A stretch of 64,000 nucleotides of DNA from an uncultured delta proteobacterium (lineage in GTDB: Bacteria > Myxococcota_A > Polyangia > Polyangiales > Polyangiaceae): assembly GCA_963782055.1 (NCBI GenBank), contig CAWAIF010000003.1:3584001-3648000 (forward strand). The letters run 5' to 3'. Shown piece after piece: positions 1 through 7,665 of the stretch. A program made the position numbers and the translations under genes. Every line of letters begins with the position of its first letter. The first letter of the stretch is position 1. The notes under the pieces are model-generated. The model searched no databases. It saw only the letters and a program-made list of their open reading frames with translations, and was not told where the DNA came from.

Positions 1-395
1 CGCAGATCGGGCCGTGACGCGACGACGATGCGATCGCCGAGCTCGGCGAGGTCGATGCCCATGGCGTGGGCCAGGCGCTTGTAGCGGCGCTTCGTGAGAC
101 GCACGCCTTGCTCGAGGTCGGCGTGCACAACATCCGCCGCCGTGCACCTGAGCCCGCCCCACGCGGCGCGGCCCGCGGCCATGGCGAGCACGAGGGCTTG
201 CGCCAGCATCGTCTTTCCGGAGAAGCCGTAGCCCGCGAACATGTGCGGCGCTCCGCTGCCCGCGGTCATGCCGAGGGCTTCGACGATGTACTCGAGCGGC
301 GGATCGTCGGTCGCGAGCGCGGGGCCGTTGAGCAGGACGATCGCGTTCGGATCCGGCGCGGCCGGCTTGCCCTCGAGGCTGATCACGTTGCTCAC
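1..395 (-). CDS. AAA_25/RepA-like (RecA-fold) helicase, N-terminal part only; runs off the window
   Basis: Not in the ORF track; translated by hand from GTG at 395, which overlaps the primase stop (GTGA): MSNVISLEG...PPLEYIVEALGMTAGSGAPHMFAGYGFSGKTMLAQALVLAMAAGRAAWGG...VVHADLEQG. Walker A GxxxxGKT is followed by the hhhhDxE strand typical of AAA_25. Confidence 0.75.
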   Translation of the reverse strand, partial: MSNVISLEGKPAAPDPNAIVLLNGPALATDDPPLEYIVEALGMTAGSGAPHMFAGYGFSGKTMLAQALVLAMAAGRAAWGGLRCTAADVVHADLEQGVRLTKRRYKRLAHAMGIDLAELGDRIVVASRPDL

Positions 396-1297
396 GATGC
401 GCTCCGGTTCTGTAGGGGTCGCAGATCGGAACGCTTCCGCGCGCCGTCCAGCTTGTGCGCGAGCTCGCCTTCGCTCCACGGCGGCTTGCATCGGATGTTG
501 AACTCGGCGAGCAGCGCCTCTTGCTCGGCGTGGCTGTCGACGTTCGCGACGATGACGCACGCGGCGCGAAAGGTGGCCTTGTGCCCTCCGGAGCCAGAGA
601 CGGCCGGATCCATCGCAGCGAGGTACGCGCGCACGCGGTCCAGGGTCGGCGTCCGGCCGATCGTGGCCTGGGCCCTGGCGAGCATGGCTCGCGCTTCGGC
701 CTCGAGCTCGGCGGCGGTGACGAGTGCGGCGTCGACGTCGAAGGGCCGGCCGTCGCTCGCGTAGCACTCCCAATGCCCGCCCGGCCGAACGCAGGGCAGG
801 TACCAGAGCCGGCACGGATCCACCGCGCTCGAGTCGAGGGGAGCGCCAGCGTCCCGAAGGTTCGCGTGCACGTTGCCGATGTAGCGCGCGTGCTCGTCGC
901 CCGTGGCGGGCCTGGACAGCGCCACGATCGCGCGCCAGCGGGGCGCCTCCACCGTGCTCGAGAACGTCGTGTAGACGACGTGGCGGTAGCCGCTGAGGAG
1001 CGCGTGAGCCCTCGCCACCGGCATCCCGGTTTCGTCGCCGTCGAGCCCCAGGGCGGTGACGCGGGCCACGTTGGCTTCGCAGCGCGGGCCGTTCAGCTCG
1101 GCGAGGCAGAAGGCGCCGTGCTCTTCCTTCGCGGTCGCGCGCACGGGGTTGCCGATCCACCGGAGGAGCCCGTCCCAGTCTTCTCCGTCGACCCAGATCC
1201 CACGGGGCTTCGGAATGCCGTTGGCCCACTGGCCTTCGGGGGTCCTGGCGAGCTTGCCGCCGAACCAAAGGCGCTCGGGAGGGTAGAGCGTGATCAT
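392..1297 (-). CDS. Phage/satellite primase (AEP-like N-terminal domain plus PriCT-like C-terminal domain)
   Basis: LGLDGD (DxD), VVYTTFSS..PRWRAIVAL and DPCRLWYLP motifs; C-terminal AYLAAMDPAVSGSGGH..TFRAAC...FNIRCKPPWSEGELAHK. Start set at ATG 1297, which overlaps the upstream stop (ATGA). Confidence 0.7.
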   Translation of the reverse strand: MITLYPPERLWFGGKLARTPEGQWANGIPKPRGIWVDGEDWDGLLRWIGNPVRATAKEEHGAFCLAELNGPRCEANVARVTALGLDGDETGMPVARAHALLSGYRHVVYTTFSSTVEAPRWRAIVALSRPATGDEHARYIGNVHANLRDAGAPLDSSAVDPCRLWYLPCVRPGGHWECYASDGRPFDVDAALVTAAELEAEARAMLARAQATIGRTPTLDRVRAYLAAMDPAVSGSGGHKATFRAACVIVANVDSHAEQEALLAEFNIRCKPPWSEGELAHKLDGARKRSDLRPLQNRSAS

Positions 1298-1641
1298 GCT
1301 GCTCCCAGGGCCGGAGGCAGGTGGATCCACGTCCGCGTTCTGCCGCTCGCGTGGCAGTGCACGACGATCGCGCCGCACCGGGGATCGTGAGCCCTGACGA
1401 GCGCGGCCTGGCGCCGATAGTCGAAGCGCTCGAGGACGCCGGCCACGGCCTCCAGGTTGCCGACGAGCATCTGATCGTCAACGACGAGCGCGGCGTCTGC
1501 ACCGTGTGCGAGGGCGGCCTCTCCAGCGGCGAGGAGCGCGGGGTCGTTGCAGGGTGTGGAGTCGTCGGCTAGATTTCTCACGTTCGTTCCGTTCTCTCGA
1601 GGCGCCGCGCTTTCCTTGCTGGGGGTCGCGGCGTCTCCCAT
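1294..1641 (-). CDS. Hypothetical element protein (115 aa)
   Basis: ATG at 1641 (MGDAATPSKESAAP...); its stop overlaps the primase start. Confidence 0.5.
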   Translation of the reverse strand: MGDAATPSKESAAPRENGTNVRNLADDSTPCNDPALLAAGEAALAHGADAALVVDDQMLVGNLEAVAGVLERFDYRRQAALVRAHDPRCGAIVVHCHASGRTRTWIHLPPALGAA

Positions 1642-1648
1642 TTCGGGG

Positions 1649-1825
1649 TCAGCGTTTCGCGCGCTTCCGGAAGCCCATCTTTTCGAGCAGCGCGTCACCG
1701 GAGGCGCGCGCCTTGTCCGCGTCGAGGCGCCGCGCGCGGCGGGCTCCGATCGTCGTGGGCTGCAGACGAGCGGCGACGAGCTCGGCCACGCGCTCGGCGA
1801 GGGCTTCCAGCTCGGCCGGCGTCAC
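1649..1825 (-). CDS. Small basic hypothetical protein (58 aa), possibly DNA-binding
   Basis: Below the track cut-off. MTPAELEALAERVAELVAARLQPTTIGARRARRLDADKARASGDALLEKMGFRKRAKR; its GTG overlaps the upstream TGA. Confidence 0.55.
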   Translation of the reverse strand: MTPAELEALAERVAELVAARLQPTTIGARRARRLDADKARASGDALLEKMGFRKRAKR

Positions 1826-2034
1826 GAGCGGCCACCCGGCAGGACTTCGAGCGTCCGCGGTCCGAGCACGATCCCGAGCTTCGCGGCCTGCTCGATGATG
1901 TCCTCACGAGCTCGCCGGACGCCGATGGCGTGCGCCCCTTGCTCGATGGCCTTGCGCGCCGTGGCGACGGCGACGCGAGCGTGTGCGGCGAGGAGAAGCA
2001 CCTGGTCAGGCATGGGGTGGAAAACGATTCCCAC
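1822..2034 (-). CDS. Small hypothetical element protein
   Basis: 70-aa ORF with normal amino-acid composition; its stop is coupled to the next start. Confidence 0.5.
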   Translation of the reverse strand: MGIVFHPMPDQVLLLAAHARVAVATARKAIEQGAHAIGVRRAREDIIEQAAKLGIVLGPRTLEVLPGGRS

Positions 2035-2105
2035 GCTCGCCCATCGTTGCCACGCGTCTGCTCACACCTGCAGGTGTGCGAATCGCACCTATTACGTGAG
2101 CGATC

Positions 2106-2801
2106 TCACCCGCGGTTGCGGAAGTTCCAGACGCCTCGCGCGACTCCAGACGGGACACCGCACGTCAGCAGGAACTGCACGACCATCGTCTCGGCCATGT
2201 AGTAGTGCTCGCCCGGCTCGCCGCGTTGGCGCTTGCGTTTGAGCGTGGCCGTGAACGCGCGTTGCCACGCGTCGCCCTCGATCTTCGCTTCCGTCGTGTG
2301 CTCCGCGACGAGTGCCCGAAGGTTCGGCGCCCCGTACAGCACGAGCACGGTGAGGGTGCGCGCGATCTCGTCGGTAGGGCGGCCCATCTCCAGGTGCTCT
2401 ACAAGCACGCGGTGGACGTCTTCCAGGTCGTCTTTCCGCTCTTGCGCGATCTGCGGCGGGTACTTGTGAGCGCTCTTCAGGTGCAGCGCGGCACGGTTCG
2501 CCAGGCCGTGCACGGCCTTCGCGTCGCCCTCGCGAAGAACCGTCAGCACGCGGGCCACGTCGACAGCGTGCGCGCGCGCCTGGGGGTCCACCGTGGCCTT
2601 CGCGATGAAGGTCCACATGGCAAAGAGATCCCCGAGTCGGCGCGTAGCCACCGCCAGCGTCTCGGGCGAGCCCCAAGGCAAGTGCCCATCGTCGGCGCGC
2701 AGCTCTTCCACGACCGGAGGAGGCGCGGGGCGAGGTACCGCACGCGGCCGCGTCGGCGCTCTCCGTCCGGCCGGGGTCGCCGTCGCTTTCTTCGTCGCCA
2801 T
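2106..2801 (-). CDS. Hypothetical element protein (helical, possibly a regulator)
   Basis: ATG 2801 (MATKKATATP...); protein-like composition; no recognisable motif. Confidence 0.55.
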   Translation of the reverse strand: MATKKATATPAGRRAPTRPRAVPRPAPPPVVEELRADDGHLPWGSPETLAVATRRLGDLFAMWTFIAKATVDPQARAHAVDVARVLTVLREGDAKAVHGLANRAALHLKSAHKYPPQIAQERKDDLEDVHRVLVEHLEMGRPTDEIARTLTVLVLYGAPNLRALVAEHTTEAKIEGDAWQRAFTATLKRKRQRGEPGEHYYMAETMVVQFLLTCGVPSGVARGVWNFRNRG

Positions 2802-2805
2802 GGGC

Positions 2806-3018
2806 CTACTCACGATCGCGCCTCCGCTCTGCCAGATCAACCACGTCCGCGCCGCCCTGGCCCGCGTCGTCGCCGCCCAGGAGCTCGCCTTCCCAGCGGT
2901 GCACGAGCTTGGCCAGCGCGACGTCTCGAGCAGCGAGCGCGGCGCCCTTCACGGCGGCGAGGGCGCGGTGTGCGTCGAGGCGCGGATCGGCGCCGGCTTG
3001 AATCGTCCTCGGGGACAA
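2806..3018 (-). CDS. Small hypothetical protein at the element boundary
   Basis: 70-aa ORF ending VVDLAERRRDRE, next to the att site; start uncertain. Confidence 0.35.
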   Translation of the reverse strand: MSPRTIQAGADPRLDAHRALAAVKGAALAARDVALAKLVHRWEGELLGGDDAGQGGADVVDLAERRRDRE

Positions 3019-3058
3019 ACTGCTTGGGAACTGTGCGGAATTATTGGGCTGACACGTT

Positions 3059-3080
3059 TTCGAATCCCGTGTCCCGCTCC
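3059..3080 (+). repeat. Probable attR: duplicated 3' end of tRNA-Gly
   Basis: TTCGAATCCCGTGTCCCGCTCC reads as T-loop, T-stem 3' side, acceptor 3' strand TCCCGC, U73 discriminator and CC, as in bacterial tRNA-Gly. There is no 5' tRNA half upstream. Confidence 0.7.
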
Positions 3081-3227
3081 CCCAGGGAGGATGGCGTCAG
3101 GCTGGCGCGAGGCCTCCCTCGCTTGCTTCCCCTTCGTCCTCCCGCACTCGTGCATCGGCGCTGACGGGCGGCACACGCGGGGCGGATGCCGATGCACTCG
3201 TGCACTCGGATTCGAATCCCTTGCGCC

Positions 3228-3248
3228 GGCATCGGCCTCGCCGATGCC
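3228..3248. terminator. Hairpin GGCATCGGC-CTC-GCCGATGCC, possible terminator of the 3288-3854 gene
   Basis: Perfect 9-bp stem 40 bp downstream of the stop; no clear U-tract. Confidence 0.35.
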
Positions 3249-3287
3249 TGGAAACGGGCGGGGCGCGGGCCGGATGCGGACCCGGCC

Positions 3288-3854
3288 TCAGAAGCGGCCG
3301 GCGAGGCTCAGGAGGGCGCCGTTGCGGGTGGGGGTCAGCGAGGGCGTGATCGTGAGGGGCGGCGCGTGGTCGCGGGGGTGTCGGGCCCGAGCGAGGACGA
3401 AGGAGTCGACCGTGGTCGCGGCGAGGAAGCCCATCGCCGCGCCGATGCAGGGACCTTCGAAGAACATGTCGTTGAGGTTGTTGGGACGGATGACAAAGTC
3501 GATCGGGATGCCGATGGTGGCCGCCACGCCCACGATCCACCCGAAGCGCATGCCCAGGCTCCCGAGCGCCGTGAGATAGCGCTTGTGCAGCAGGTGGACG
3601 ACCGGGCCGGTGAAGAGGGCGAGCAATCCGATGGAGAGCATCGGCGCGTAGAAGGCGTAGGTGCCCTCGAGGCTGGGGACGGCGGCGACGACCGCGGTCA
3701 CCCACGTCGCCGTCGCCGCGACCGACGTGTCGGCCACGAGGATCTGCCAGCCGTACGCGCGCGTGTCGTCGCGGGGCGGATCGGCGCGCGCGGACCCCGC
3801 CGTGCACGCGACCATCAGAGCTGCGGAGAGCCCCACCCACCCCGCACGTCCCAT
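3288..3854 (-). CDS. Exported/membrane hypothetical protein of myxobacterial type
   Basis: Signal peptide ending ARA|D, YGWQILVAD motif, several hydrophobic segments, C-terminal LSLAGRF. Confidence 0.7.
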   Translation of the reverse strand: MGRAGWVGLSAALMVACTAGSARADPPRDDTRAYGWQILVADTSVAATATWVTAVVAAVPSLEGTYAFYAPMLSIGLLALFTGPVVHLLHKRYLTALGSLGMRFGWIVGVAATIGIPIDFVIRPNNLNDMFFEGPCIGAAMGFLAATTVDSFVLARARHPRDHAPPLTITPSLTPTRNGALLSLAGRF

Positions 3855-4004
3855 CCCGAACCTTGACCTGCGCGGCGCCGAAGTGCCAGCGCCGCGGCGG
3901 GGCCCGGGAGATCCACGTCGGGATGGGGGCCGCCGGCATGGCCGAGGCCCGGAGGAGTGGCCGACGCTTGACGTTCCCCTGCCCCGTTCCTCATAACCTC
4001 CCCC

Positions 4005-4748
4005 ATGAAGAAGCTCGTCCTGCTCCGCCACGGCCAGAGCCAGTGGAACAAAGAGAACCGCTTCACCGGGTGGGTGGACATCCCGCTCAGCGAGGAGGGG
4101 CTCGCCGAGGCGCACGCCGCCGCCAAGCTGCTGCGCGAGGGCGGCTACGACTTCGACGTGGCGTACACCTCGGTCCTGAAGCGCGCCATCAAGACGCTCT
4201 GGGTCGTCCTCGAGGACAGCGACCGGATGTGGCTCCCCGTCATCCGGAGCTGGCGCCTCAACGAGCGGATGTACGGCGCCCTGCAAGGGCTGAACAAGGC
4301 GGAGACCGCCGCCAAGCACGGCGAGGCGCAGGTGCAGATCTGGAGGCGCAGCTACGACACGCCGCCCCCCGCGATGGAGGAGAGCGACGAGCGCTGGCCG
4401 GGGCGCGACCGGCGCTACGCCGGCCTCCCCAGGAGCGAGGTGCCGCGCACCGAGTGTCTGAAGGACACCGTCGCGCGCTTCCTTCCCTTCTGGGAGAGCG
4501 ACATCGCCCCCGCCATCCGCCGCGGCGAGCGCGTGCTCATCGCCGCGCACGGCAACAGCCTGCGCGCGCTGGTCAAGCACCTGGACAAGGTGGGCGATCA
4601 GGAGATCGTCGGCCTGAACATCCCGACGGGCATCCCCCTCGTCTACGAGCTGAACGACGACCTCACCCCGATCAAGCACTACTACCTGGGCGATCCGGAG
4701 GCGGCGAAGCGCGCGGCGGAGGCCGTCGCGGGGCAGGTCAAGGGCTGA
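4005..4748 (+). CDS. gpmA: 2,3-bisphosphoglycerate-dependent phosphoglycerate mutase
   Basis: [24 protein letters not shown] and AAHGNSLR motifs. Confidence 0.97.
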   Translation: MKKLVLLRHGQSQWNKENRFTGWVDIPLSEEGLAEAHAAAKLLREGGYDFDVAYTSVLKRAIKTLWVVLEDSDRMWLPVIRSWRLNERMYGALQGLNKAETAAKHGEAQVQIWRRSYDTPPPAMEESDERWPGRDRRYAGLPRSEVPRTECLKDTVARFLPFWESDIAPAIRRGERVLIAAHGNSLRALVKHLDKVGDQEIVGLNIPTGIPLVYELNDDLTPIKHYYLGDPEAAKRAAEAVAGQVKG

Positions 4749-4812
4749 CGACCGCCCGCGCGCGGCGCGGAGACCTTTGCGATGCGCCCCCGTGGGTGGC
4801 ATTCTTTCGCCG

Positions 4813-5322
4813 ATGCGCCTCGACGCCGCTCGCCGCGGGGGCTTCTCGATACCGCTCGCCGCGGGGGCGCCGCGGTGGCTTCTCCTCGCCGCCGCGCTGC
4901 TGCTGTCCTGCTCGAGCGACCCCGCCGCGCCGCCGAAGCCGGCCGCGTTCTGCGCGAGCGATCCGCGCGTCGCGGATTTCTCCCTGGGACTGCAGGCGGT
5001 CTGCCCCGACGGCAAGCTGCAGATCAGCATCGACTCGGCGGCTCCCGACCCGGTGATCCAGGGCGTCAACGACTGGGTGATCTCGGTGCGCGACGGCGCC
5101 GGTCAGCCCGTCGACGGCGCCACCATCGACGTCAAGCCGACGATGCCCGACCACGGCCACGGCAGCCCCACGCGCACCACCGTCACGCCCAGGGGCGGCG
5201 GGCAGTACGCGCTGGACGGCATCAACCTCTCCATGCGAGGCGTGTGGCTCATCACCCTCGACGTCACCGCCGGGCCCGTCACCGACACCGCGACCTACAC
5301 CTTCTGCGTCGACGGCAGCTGA
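4813..5322 (+). CDS. YtkA/FixH-like Ig-fold lipoprotein
   Basis: Lipobox LLSC; KPTMPDHGHG motif; INLSMRGVW. Confidence 0.75.
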   Translation: MRLDAARRGGFSIPLAAGAPRWLLLAAALLLSCSSDPAAPPKPAAFCASDPRVADFSLGLQAVCPDGKLQISIDSAAPDPVIQGVNDWVISVRDGAGQPVDGATIDVKPTMPDHGHGSPTRTTVTPRGGGQYALDGINLSMRGVWLITLDVTAGPVTDTATYTFCVDGS

Positions 5323-5326
5323 GCGC

Positions 5327-6661
5327 TCACGGCACGCAGCCGTAGCCGGCGTCCTTCTTCCACTCCAGCACGGTGCCGCTCAGCGTGAACGTCGGCATCT
5401 TGGCGACGAGGCTCGCGTCCAGATCGCCGCTCTGGACCAGCGCGTTCATCACGTCCAGGCCGATGGGGACGATCCGCACCCGCATCTTCACGTCGTCGAC
5501 CGCCGGGGGCAGCGTGTATGGCCTCGAGACCGCGTGGTAGTACGCGGGGTTCTGCGGATCGTTGGTGACCGCCGGCTGGAGGAAGTCCTCCTGCTTGCTC
5601 TGCGCGTCCCAGAGGAAGAGCGCCGGGGCCTTCGCGCCGTCGAAGAGCTGCTCGCGCAGCAGCCAGAGGTCGGGATCGGCGAGGGTGGTCACGTCGGTGC
5701 CGTCGGGCACGACGCCGGACTGGTAGACCGTCTGGCCCGCCGCCGTGCCGACGAGCTCGACCCAGAGGCGCCTGTCGTGCGCCGCGCCGCTCGGCCACGC
5801 GTGGCCGACGAAGGCGTTGTCCAGGGTGACGGTGACGTTGGGTCCACCCTGCGGCGGGTCGACGCACAGCTTGGCGACGATGGCGGCGTCGAGCAGCGTC
5901 TGCACCGCCTTCTTCTGCCCGTCGGCGTCCGGGAAGGGCGTGAGGGCGACGTCCACCGCGGCCATGGAGTGATCGTGGATGCGGCGGTCCGGCGCGCCCT
6001 CCACGTTCGCCGCCTTGCCGGTGCTGGCGGTCATGTGGCAGCCGCCGCAGGAGTCGAACACCGTCGGGTTGGTCTGCGCGTAGAGGCTGCCCTTCCACTC
6101 CGCGAAGGTGCGCTCGATGTCCACGCCGTGCCCGTTCTGCACGTCGTGGCAGCTCCCGCAGAGGCCGGAAGAATCCGGGGTGGAGAGGTCGTGGAGCGCC
6201 GAGGACATGGACGCGTGCGCCGCGCCGGGCGCGGGATCGGCGATGGGGCCGCGGATGACGTCGTCGTCGGCGAGCACCGGGCCGCCGTTGTGATCCTGGG
6301 CGATGCTCGTCACCGAGTGGCAGAAGAAGCACGTGACGCCGTGGAGGTTCGCCGGGATACCGGAGAGATCGCTGCCGTCGGTGAGCCCCATGCGCTGCGC
6401 GAGCGGCGCGTGGCAGCGGACGCAGAGGTCGTTCTTTCCCTGCTCGCGCACGAACCGCGCGTTCATCGCGACGAAGACGGGGTCGTCGGTCGCGTACGCG
6501 TGCATGCTGCCCTGCCACTGGGCGAACTGCGTGGGGTGGCAGCCCGCGCACGACTGCGGGTCCATGAGCTGGTCCTTGGTGAGCTGGGGCACCGGCGGCG
6601 GCGAGCTTGAGCAGCCGAGCAGGGCGAGGACCGGTGCGATGACGAGCTTCCAGCAGCGCAC
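5327..6661 (-). CDS. Pentaheme c-type cytochrome lipoprotein (c554-like N-terminal domain)
   Basis: Lipobox LLGC; CAGCH, CVRCH, CFFCH, CGSCH, CGGCH; WQGSMHA and GHAWPSG motifs; GTG start at 6661. Confidence 0.85.
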   Translation of the reverse strand: MRCWKLVIAPVLALLGCSSSPPPVPQLTKDQLMDPQSCAGCHPTQFAQWQGSMHAYATDDPVFVAMNARFVREQGKNDLCVRCHAPLAQRMGLTDGSDLSGIPANLHGVTCFFCHSVTSIAQDHNGGPVLADDDVIRGPIADPAPGAAHASMSSALHDLSTPDSSGLCGSCHDVQNGHGVDIERTFAEWKGSLYAQTNPTVFDSCGGCHMTASTGKAANVEGAPDRRIHDHSMAAVDVALTPFPDADGQKKAVQTLLDAAIVAKLCVDPPQGGPNVTVTLDNAFVGHAWPSGAAHDRRLWVELVGTAAGQTVYQSGVVPDGTDVTTLADPDLWLLREQLFDGAKAPALFLWDAQSKQEDFLQPAVTNDPQNPAYYHAVSRPYTLPPAVDDVKMRVRIVPIGLDVMNALVQSGDLDASLVAKMPTFTLSGTVLEWKKDAGYGCVP

Positions 6662-6671
6662 GATGGAGAGC

Positions 6672-7028
6672 TTAGTTGTCGGGGGCGCCGCAGACCAGCC
6701 ACCCGAGCAACTTCGCGCGCTCGTCCGCGCCGAGCAATCCGTCCTGCGGCATGCGGCACGAGTAGACCTGGTTGAGCACCGCGCTGCGACGCACGTGGAC
6801 GTCGTCGTACGTGACGAGGGGCACGGTGCCCGCCGCGCCTCCTTGCGTGTGGCAGCGCGTGCAGCGGCTCGCGACGATGGGCTGCACGTCGGCCGACCAG
6901 CTCGGCGACGGCGTGGGGCACGCCGCGGGGAGATCGTTGGGACACGATCCACCGCCACAGGCCGCGAGGAGCGAGCTCGCCGCGAGGATCGCGACGATCG
7001 CGAGGATCAAAGAGACGTCCGCGCGCAC
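6672..7028 (-). CDS. Small monoheme cytochrome c lipoprotein
   Basis: Lipobox LAAC; VQPIVASRCTRCH; RMPQ as candidate distal Met; start uncertain. Confidence 0.75.
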   Translation of the reverse strand: MRADVSLILAIVAILAASSLLAACGGGSCPNDLPAACPTPSPSWSADVQPIVASRCTRCHTQGGAAGTVPLVTYDDVHVRRSAVLNQVYSCRMPQDGLLGADERAKLLGWLVCGAPDN

Positions 7029-7086
7029 ACGGGTTTGTATGTGAGATTCACTCGCACCGGTCAAGCGCGCGTCCGCGACGAGGGGC

Positions 7087-7115
7087 TTGCGTTCGCGTCC
7101 CGCTGCTGCTTAGGT
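7087..7115 (+). promoter_or_regulatory. sigma70-type promoter, probably near-leaderless
   Basis: TTGCGT-N17-TAGGTT, 8 nt before ATG 7124. Confidence 0.45.
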
Positions 7116-7123
7116 TGGCCGCG

Positions 7124-7660
7124 ATGCTCGAGCTCGTCGCGGCGTGGCTCGTGGGGGCCATGGTGGCGTGGGTCCCTCCGCAACACGAGGTGGACCGCGA
7201 TCGCTACGACAGCATCGCGCACGACGTCGTCGCCGTAGCCTTCGACAAGACCGAGGAGCCGGTGTTCGCCGGGGAGCTCGGCCGCGCGAAGACCGCGCTG
7301 TTGATGGCCTCCATCGCGAGCTTCGAGAGCGGCTTCCGCGCCGACGTGGACGACGGACGCGTCACCGGAGACCACGGCGAGTCCTTCTGCCTGATGCAGA
7401 TCCGCGTCTTCGGCAAGACCGCGGAAGGGTGGACCGGCGCGGACCTGGTCCACGACCGGCAGAAGTGCATGCTGGCCGGGCTGCGGCGCATCCGCACCAG
7501 CTTCGCGTGGTGCAAGGACCACGCGCTCGCCGACAGGCTCGCCGGCTACACGGTGGGCACCTGCCGCGACAACGAGCACCTCTCGCGCGACCGCGTGTGG
7601 CGCGCGAAGGCGTTCTGGGCGCGCTCCCCCTTCGTCCCCCCCGACGATCCCGTCCCCTGA
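7124..7660 (+). CDS. Putative lysozyme-fold/lytic transglycosylase-like exported protein
   Basis: N-terminal hydrophobic segment; SIASFESGF (catalytic ES) followed by SFCLMQI (GLMQ-like motif II). Confidence 0.55.
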   Translation: MLELVAAWLVGAMVAWVPPQHEVDRDRYDSIAHDVVAVAFDKTEEPVFAGELGRAKTALLMASIASFESGFRADVDDGRVTGDHGESFCLMQIRVFGKTAEGWTGADLVHDRQKCMLAGLRRIRTSFAWCKDHALADRLAGYTVGTCRDNEHLSRDRVWRAKAFWARSPFVPPDDPVP

Positions 7661-7665
7661 GCCCG

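Larger units (their letters stand above)
1..3080. mobile_element. Right end of an integrated phage-satellite/IME-like element (replication module), truncated by the window start
   Basis: Co-oriented minus-strand primase, helicase and small overlapping ORFs, bounded by a tRNA-Gly 3'-end duplicate at 3059-3080. No integrase lies inside the window. Confidence 0.75.

Noticed and set aside
3195..3235. GGATTCGAATCCC as part of an intact tRNA gene
   Set aside because: No D-arm, anticodon arm or acceptor pairing could be built; at most a remnant.
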